64,000 nucleotides of DNA from Eledone cirrhosa (taxonomy: Eukaryota). A program made the position numbers and the translations under genes. The notes below the pieces were generated by a model. That model had not been told where the DNA came from and made no database searches. It saw only the letters and a program-made list of their open reading frames with translations. The stretch covers positions 12,710,001 to 12,774,000 of the forward strand of contig OZ024745.1 in NCBI GenBank assembly GCA_964016885.1, written 5' to 3'. The first letter of the stretch is position 1, and each line of letters opens with the position of its first letter. Shown in pieces: positions 56,382-64,000 of this stretch.

Positions 56382-56428
56382 TGCTCCGAAGAATCCAAAC
56401 CTCGGTTTGGAGGAAACAGCTGTAAGCA
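56382..56428 (+). ncRNA. Type I hammerhead motif with U4C core, family I
   Basis: Stem I TGCT/AGCA; CCGAAGA; stem II TCCAAAC/GTTTGGA; GAAA; palindromic stem III ACAGCTGT; GUA site. Confidence 0.68.
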
Positions 56429-56647
56429 CAATAATGTTTTGAACAGTTCTTTGATTCTTATATTTCATATAACTGCTCTGTAAATCATCTGATGTTTTTA
56501 CATTGAGCTACTTAACTTACTGGTAATAAGGTAGTAATACAATACTGCCTACCACTATTTAGGGTGTGTGTAAAATACTTACAACTGCTTAAGGTTTTGT
56601 ATTTACATAACCATAAATAGTATAACTAATACTATATATATATATAT

Positions 56648-56980
56648 ATTCATTCAAAATATTAACAAAAATAGAACTTCATTGTGATCAAGTATATTTT
56701 ATTATACATATTTCAGAGGTACTGAGCTAACTTCAACAGTACGTCCTCATCAGATAAAATAAGATGATGCATGACATACCCTGACATAGTAGATGGTTAA
56801 GATCCAGTCATGGTATAAATATAATAAAATATACTTGATCACAATGAAGTTCTATTTTTGTTAATATTTTGAATGAATATCAATAACTCCGGAAAACCTT
56901 TTTTCTGTTGAGTGCTTCCAATCTATTGTAAAACTAATTCTTTGATGTATTCATCGAACCTTGTTTAACCTTTAAGTATA
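56648..56980 (-). mobile_element. Family A element with ~58 bp inverted arms, between (TA)n tracts
   Basis: 56648-56706 is inverted relative to 56820-56878; homologous in reverse orientation to parts of 2545-2922. Confidence 0.75.
56695..56761 (-). ncRNA. Type I hammerhead motif, family A
   Basis: On minus strand: TATTTTAT-CTGATGA-GGACGTACTG...CAGTACCTCT-GAAA-TATGTA-TA-ATAAAATA. Confidence 0.68.
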
Positions 56981-57299
56981 GATATATATATATGTATATA
57001 CGCACACCCACACACAGTGGAACCTCGGTTCACGACCATGCAAGCTGCCAACAACACTTGGCGACAAGCTGGGAGTATCGGCGGTAAAGCATCACTTGCT
57101 GTGTAGTTAGTTACTATGGTAACATCTCTCTGCCTTTCAAACACTGTATACCTTTCTCTCTCACAGAATTTCTCTCTCAATATTTCGTATGAAAAAAAAA
57201 AAAAAAAAAGTTTCGGCTTACGAACATTGGTGGCCTTCAAGAAGGAATTAGGTCGAGAACCGAGGTTTCACTGCATATGCTTCTTTATGTGTGTATATG

Positions 57300-57349
<50 letters not shown>

Positions 57350-57353
<4 letters not shown>

Positions 57354-58310
57354 TCTGCTGATGTCGCACCGCCCCAACAGAGGGGAGAAGGCAAACATAT
57401 ACAGAGCAATACAGACGGCGGCAGCGGAGCAAAGGAGTTTTTAGAGATGGCGGAGAGGATTGTGGGACAACTGACCTGACCTGGCTGCATCGTTTTCAGA
57501 GCCAGGGTCACTCACACCAACACTCGAGACCACCACAATCAAAGGACCCAGGGCGGCCACCGCTGACACCAGGCCAGGTGCCACACCGATAGCTATTGCT
57601 GACACCCCAAATGTCACATCAGTGCTGCTGTTGAATGTCAGAGGCCTGTTCTGTTGAAACTCACTAACATGGATAAAATTCCCTACCTGAGAGACGTAAC
57701 CATAAGCAATCAAACAATATCCATGGCACTAACTGAAACGCACCTGACAAACAGATGCGGAAATACATATACCAACATACACTTCATTTCGTTCAGACAG
57801 GAAGGAGAGAATGCATGGTGGGGTTGTAGATCTGTGAAGATGTCACACCCATGAGTCAACAGTACAATGTAACACACTGATAGTACATATAAAGCAACTA
57901 GAAATGGTAATATGTGTCACATATCACGAATAGTCACAAAGGTAAGTTTGAAGATAGCCTCAAAAGGATGGAATAAGTCCTTGACAAACTGGACCAAGGT
58001 CTCAAAATTCTGCTGCTGGGAGACTTTAACTTATCGAAGGTCAAATGGCCTGAAGGCCCTCAACTCTTCAACAAGCTGCCAAGAAATTTGAGAGATCTGC
58101 ATGATGTGGACGTGGATGTTTTCAAGAAACATCTTGATACTCTGCTATCGAGGATCCCGGATGAGCCCACAGCACTACGAAGGTAACTTAAGGACAGCAG
58201 CAACGAACTCCCTCTTACACCAATGGCCAGCCAACACAGAATGTGTAGCAACAAGGTCGGTGTCCCAGCATCGCCTCAGCCGGATGGCTAGAACAGGTAA
58301 AAGAGAATAT
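57350..58310 (+). mobile_element. Internally deleted CR1/Jockey-group LINE remnant
   Basis: APE N-terminus (ALTETHL, ILLLGDFNL..VKW) joined directly to the extreme C-terminus (GPQLFNKLP...FKKHLDTLLSRIPDEP). Confidence 0.7.
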
Positions 58311-58362
58311 ATATATAGTTTACCTCAGTAAATGTAATGAAAAATTAACACCTCGTCCATTT

Positions 58363-58422
<60 letters not shown>

Positions 58423-58486
58423 CCACGTCACAGTTCTTAGCCATTTTGAATTCGTTTCTGGCGGGGATCATTTAAAAAAATTCTTT

Positions 58487-58568
58487 GTTTCCTGATGAGT
58501 TCGAAGCTCGAGAATTTATCCTTGATAGGATATTTCCGAAAGCGAACGAAACCCTGAAGGGTAGAAAC
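58487..58568 (+). ncRNA. Canonical type I hammerhead ribozyme, family J
   Basis: Stem I GTTTC/GAAAC; CTGATGA; stem II GTTCG/CGAAC with an extended hairpin; GAAA; stem III CCCT/AGGG; GUA site. Confidence 0.85.
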
Positions 58569-58858
58569 GTAATCCTGGTATGTGTATATGCATTTTTTCT
58601 TCTAACTTTTATTTTATACCTAATTGTGTATGGTTGACGATATATTTAATCGATTTCCATGTGCTATTGAAATGCTGGGTACATATTCTATAGCGGTTGA
58701 TCGCGCGAATAGATGGCTGTCGTTTATTTATCTACTATTTCTTCATAGGTGCCTTTTAATCATATAGCCTTGTTTAATTGGTTTTTTGTGTGGTTGATTA
58801 TGCTAATTGGGAGAGGAAATTGTATATATGTATATTATCAAATGATTCTATGGACATA

Positions 58859-58929
<71 letters not shown>

Positions 58930-59113
58930 TTGCCAGCCACCATGGGCACAGTCATGCATGAGAAAATTAAAAAGAAATATAAATATATTCGGACACGAGG
59001 AGGAGCCTTATACTCATTAATGATGGACGCTATAAACCCTATCATAGCTCAGTGTAGTGTTGATGAGAATATCCAATGAAAGCAAAGCGTACATTTGTGT
59101 ATATGTGTGTGTA

Positions 59114-59170
<57 letters not shown>

Positions 59171-59884
59171 GAGAGAGAGAGAGAGACTGGCTAATATCCA
59201 GCTGATCGTATTTCGAATCATGTCAGCAATATCTCCCGATGACATTACTGTTTTATTTATTATATTCTGTTTCGTTTATCATATTAGTCATGAGGTAGAA
59301 ACTTGTTGAGATTCAATGTGTCATTATTATTTGAACATCAACTATGCTTTAACCTTTACTTGAAACAGTAAACTAAATATAAACAATCTAGTTTTAGAAC
59401 TACTGGGCTGGTAGGATGTTTTTAATTTTCACGTTAACTTAAAGTTAGAAGCATAAACGTACGTATTTGGCTGTGAAAAAATAGTTTAAATTAGATACAA
59501 AAGTCCCTTGGACGGGCGATGTTCTACAATTTTTCTTGTCATCTTCAGGAGCTTATATGTCTAAATTATTAAACTGAGTATGTTTTATTACAAATCTCTG
59601 GTTAACTGTTTCTTGTTCTTTTTTGAAAATATATAAAGAGCTCTTATATATCATCTATTATATATTTCTTAATGTTTGTCTCTGTGTGCACCCCATCCTT
59701 TTACCCCTGATCCCTTAAGTATTTTTTCACATTCCTCATCACACTTTTTCGCATCCCTTTTTTCATTTGTATGTAGCCGTGATCTTCATCCTTTTGCTGT
59801 AGTTATCATCTACTTCTCCGTTACCACTACGGTATTGAATCAATGTTTTACTAACCTACATCTTAATGCCACTCCCTTTCTCTA

Positions 59885-60078
59885 ACAATTGTTTCTATTT
59901 TTGGCACAAGGCCAGCAATTATCCTAGTGTATTACTGGTACTTTATTTTATCGACCCCGTAAGGATGAAAGGCAAAGTTAACCTCGCCGGGATTTGAACT
60001 CAGAATGGCAAGGGCCGTAACTCTTTACTGCAAAGTATGGCGTCCGACCCTCTACCGATACTGCCAATCCACCGCCCT
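59885..60078 (-). mobile_element. Full-length tRNA-derived SINE (family 1)
   Basis: On minus strand: A-box TGGCAGTATCGG and B-box GTTCAAATCC. Confidence 0.85.
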
Positions 60079-60889
60079 TTCTCTAATAATGTTACTACCT
60101 CTTATTTCCACTTTCCCATCTCTTTGTCTTTCCACTCACTTTTGCTTTCTATCCACCCCATTCTCTCTCATATTCCTTCCAGTCTTCTCTAACCGCTAGG
60201 TTATCTGCCTTCTTTCTTTTTAACTTTAAATTACATTTGTTTTTTTTTCTCTTGTTTTTTTTTACAAAGGTCCAAGCTAAAAAATTTGGTAGGAAAGACT
60301 AGTCGATTACATCGAGCAATTCTTGACTAGTACTTATTTTATTGGCCCCAATAAAGCCACAGAAAAGCCATCTGTCAATTACGATATCCCCTCCACCGTT
60401 GTCACCTTCACTTTAGCTTTCTTTTAACTTTTCTTACTGACACTCTCTACTTCATACTATTACATTTTATTTACACTCCTCCACTTCTGCTTTTCTCTTT
60501 CATTCTTCGGATTGCCTTTCTCTCCCACTTTCTAACCCCCCTCACTACTATATATATATCTCATATTCTTCCAATCTGAACTAATGAATGTATACTTTGC
60601 GATCCCCAGAGAAATGGAAGGTAGGACTGCTTCTGTTTATATTTTGAACTCATAACCTGGAAGGACGAAACTATATGATTCGATTCTATGTGGCAACCAC
60701 TGTACTCTCCATGCGCAACATATTCAATACCCTTAGGTATGGCTGAAACACCACAATATCCCAATATTCGTCTCTTATCCATTTGAGACGACAATTAGTA
60801 TTTAATAATTAAAACATATAGACACGAACACAAACAGTCAGGGTACTTTTGTATTTCAAACTGTTCAGAGCTGCACACTCACTCGTAAA

Positions 60890-61510
60890 TCCACATTGGT
60901 CATAATTTCAGATTGGTCATAGTTCCATACTGATCCTAGGCATACACTGATCATAGGGTCATACTAATCATAGTTGCAGACTAGTTATAGATCTACACAG
61001 ATCATAGCTCCACAACAGTCATAGGTGTACACTTCTTCTGTCCCTAACTTCAGATTAGTCATATTTTCACTCTGATCAACACTAGTCTTAAGTCAACATT
61101 GGTTATAGGTCCATAATTCTCCTAGATTTATACTGGTACTAGTTATAGGTCCACATCTATCACAGTTTCACAATGATTAATACTTGTCATAAATTCACAC
61201 TGGTCATAAGACAACACTGGTTCTAGGTCTACGCTGATCCTAGTCACAGGTTGACATTGATCATAGCTTACAATGATTAGCACTATTCATAAGTCCACAA
61301 TAGTCATAAGTCAACACTGATCATAGGCCTGTATATGCTGGTTCAAGACATAAGTTAACATTGATCATAAGTTCACACTGATTATCATAAATCATAAGCT
61401 GATACTGGTCATAAACCCACTTTGACAATAAATTTGTTTACACCGGTCCTGATCTCACACTGATAATCGATTAATACTAATTATATGTCGATACTGATCA
61501 AAGATCCATT
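60890..61510. repeat. Degenerate ~21 bp minisatellite
   Basis: Recurrent cacactgatcatag-like unit. Confidence 0.65.
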
Positions 61511-61692
61511 AGATCCACGTAATGATTCCTTGTTTGGCACAATAATTCATTGAAAAGTCACTGGAGATGCATGCTGGTTCTATATTCTGGCAGTTTCCAC
61601 GGTTAGCACGGGACCCAAGCCATCACAATTTTGTTGTAAGTCACAAATACACCTTTGTTGGGTTTACTGAAAATATATAAACATAAATAATA

Positions 61693-61884
61693 TAATTGTT
61701 TCTACTTTTGGCACAAGGCCAGCAATTACCCAGTGCATTACTGGTACTTTATTTTATCGACCCCGTAAGGATGAAAGGCAAAGTTAACCTCGGCGGGATT
61801 TGAACTCAGAATGGCAAGGGCCGTAACTCTATGCGTCAAAGCATGGCGCCCGACCCTCTACCGGTACTGCCAATCCACCGCCCT
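61693..61884 (-). mobile_element. Full-length tRNA-derived SINE (family 1)
   Basis: Near-identical to 59885-60078. Confidence 0.85.
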
Positions 61885-62019
61885 TTTTCGACTTACAGTA
61901 ATACGCCAGCTTCAGCATTCACTAATCAAAAGAAGGTAGTTTGGCATAAAAGTCAAACTCGCTATCTTCAATTTGGTATTCGTTCCAATTCTTACCTATG
62001 GTCATGAATATTGAGTAAT

Positions 62020-62365
62020 GACCAAAAGAATACGATCGCGAATACAAGCGGCCGAAATGGGGTTCATCCAAAAGGTCTTTGGAGTAATGTTACTCGATAG
62101 AGTGCGTAGCTCTGAGATCAGAGTCACTCCAGGTAGAGTTGCTACTTCTCCCAATTGAGAGATCACAGCTCCGATACTCTGGGCATGTGCTTAGAATGTC
62201 TCAGGAAAGAATTTCTGGACATATTTTACCGGTTAAGTCCACCGGTAGGAGGCCCAGGGATAGACCCCGAGCAAGGACTGTTGGATATCATCCATGAGCT
62301 TGGCTGGTCTCACTTGGGGATCCAGTCGGATTAGTTGGAGATGGTTGCTTCTGACAGGAAATTTG
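62020..62365 (+). mobile_element. Decayed RTE-like LINE 3' fragment
   Basis: Translates to IERSQLRYSGHVLRM followed by RRP..RP-like sequence. Confidence 0.6.
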
Positions 62366-62705
62366 TGGCCGTACATTACAATTTCCCCAAATGTTTGGGG
62401 ATGCCTGTGTATATATATATATATATATACACACACATGTATGTGTGTGTATATATATATATATATTCACACACATACATGTGTGTGTGTGTGTGTGTGT
62501 GTGTGAATATAGCCTATATCATTCGTTTTGATACAGGCTGTATATGAAGTCTAAAAATGTTTAGATAGAATGGAAGAATGGTCTTACCACTTGAAATACC
62601 TGCATCCTTCAAACACCCCGTCATGTTTACCATCTGTAAATAAAGAATAGATTATTAACAATCCTTCCGTCAATATGTTTCTTATTACTATTATACACAG
62701 GAGGG

Positions 62706-62925
62706 AGGGCGGTGGGTTGGCAGTATCGGTAGAGGGTCAGACGTCATGCTTTGCAGCATAGAATTACGGCTCTTTATGATCTAAGCTCAAATCCCGCCGA
62801 GGTTAACTTTGCCTTTCATCCTTATGGAGTCGATAAAATAAAGTACCAGTCACGCACTGGGGTCGATTTAATCGACTTTCCCCTCCCCCCAAATTACTGG
62901 CCTTGTGCCTATATAAGAAACCATT
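62706..62925 (+). mobile_element. tRNA-derived SINE (family 1)
   Basis: gggcggtgggttggcagtatcggtagaggg head, B-box-like ctcaaatcc and the family body. Confidence 0.85.
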
Positions 62926-64000
62926 ATATACAGGAGGATCAGTTGACTATGATTTTATTCAACATATTCCCCTCTCAGATTCACACACTTATTGCAGATG
63001 TCCTACCTCCTTTGTAAAGGTAACAGCTCTACCATTTCGGGATACCATTAAGCCAGAAACTTTTCAGCACCCGGTATACTTAAGCTCCCTCTCCCCAATC
63101 CCCAAAACTGTAACGGAAGTGCTCTTAATAAATTAAAAACTGTTAATAAATTAATAAGGCATGACTCCAACAATTTTGGTGAAAGGGAAAGTCAATTACA
63201 ACGACCCCAGAACTTCACTGGTACTTTATTGGATCGATCCTGGAAGGATGAAGGGCAAAGTTGACCTCATCCGAATTTGCTCTGGAAGCATAAACAAATA
63301 ACGCAGGACATATTTTCCAACGTCAAACGATTCTGCCAGCCCACAGCTCACTTTAAGCTAATAATAGTGATTATATAAGAAAGAACTTTGATAAATTATA
63401 ATTATAAACATTGATTGCCAGCTAAATTATTTATAAAAATAAACTGAAGCAAAATCCCAACCAAACAGTGAATGTGTTTTACTACTTTTGCCAATATTAG
63501 GACAACATGACCCTCCCCAAATATAAAATTGGGATGATATTATACAATTTTTTACATACCGTCTTGGTGAAGTTCAACTCCTATATAAGTATCGGAGCGA
63601 CCAGAGAGTGGGCCAACAAACTTCACAATCCCTTGTGATATTTTACCACCATGTTTCGAGAATTTCACAATATCTCCCAAATGAATGTCGTCTGGTGACT
63701 GAGGAACATAAGGTCTTTTGCCCTTGGTCAATGCCCATTGCCTGTCAAGAAGAGATCATATCATCATCATCATTTTACGTCCGCTTTTCCCTGCTTGCAT
63801 GGGTAGGACGGGAATTGATTCTGGCTTGATTTCTACAGCTGGATCCCTATTGATTTATACAGCTGGATCCCTGGTGATTTAATGATAGGGACCCCAGTCC
63901 TATCATCTCATTTTTACAGCTGAGTAAACTGGAGCAATGTGAAATAAAGTGTCTTGCTCAAGGAAACAACACATCACCTGGTCTGAGAATTGAACTCACA

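Larger units (their letters stand above)
55553..56470. mobile_element. Fold-back element (family I) with ~400 bp near-perfect inverted arms and ~120 bp spacer
   Basis: 55553-55950 is the reverse complement of 56073-56470; it starts at a (TA)n tract and has an unpaired ~160 bp tail leading to the next (TA)n. Confidence 0.92.

Noticed and set aside
62706-62800. tRNA gene
   Set aside because: A and B boxes are present but too far apart, there is no cloverleaf, and the sequence continues into a multi-copy SINE body

Overview
Repeat-dense eukaryotic DNA with no confidently identifiable host gene. It is probably an octopus-like cephalopod, inferred from the SINE families and the very high (TA)n density. 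Transposable elements: decayed RTE, CRE-like, L1/Tx1-like and CR1-like LINEs, a Helitron Rep/helicase pseudogene, non-autonomous Helitrons and tRNA-derived SINEs. Larger repeats: a ~9 kb segmental duplication, a triplicated (ACC)n-rich block and telomere-like tracts. The only long uninterrupted TE ORF is a Penelope-like element (RT + GIY-YIG, 44940-47624, minus strand) with direct and inverted pseudo-LTRs, inserted in (TA)n. The main discovery is a hidden RNA layer. Reading by eye, I find about 17 type-I hammerhead ribozyme motifs from about 10 unrelated sequence families. Most sit in short non-coding elements next to (TA)n tracts, and several are long fold-back palindromes carrying a hammerhead on each strand. 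All ribozyme calls are manual base-pairing assignments and none has been tested.
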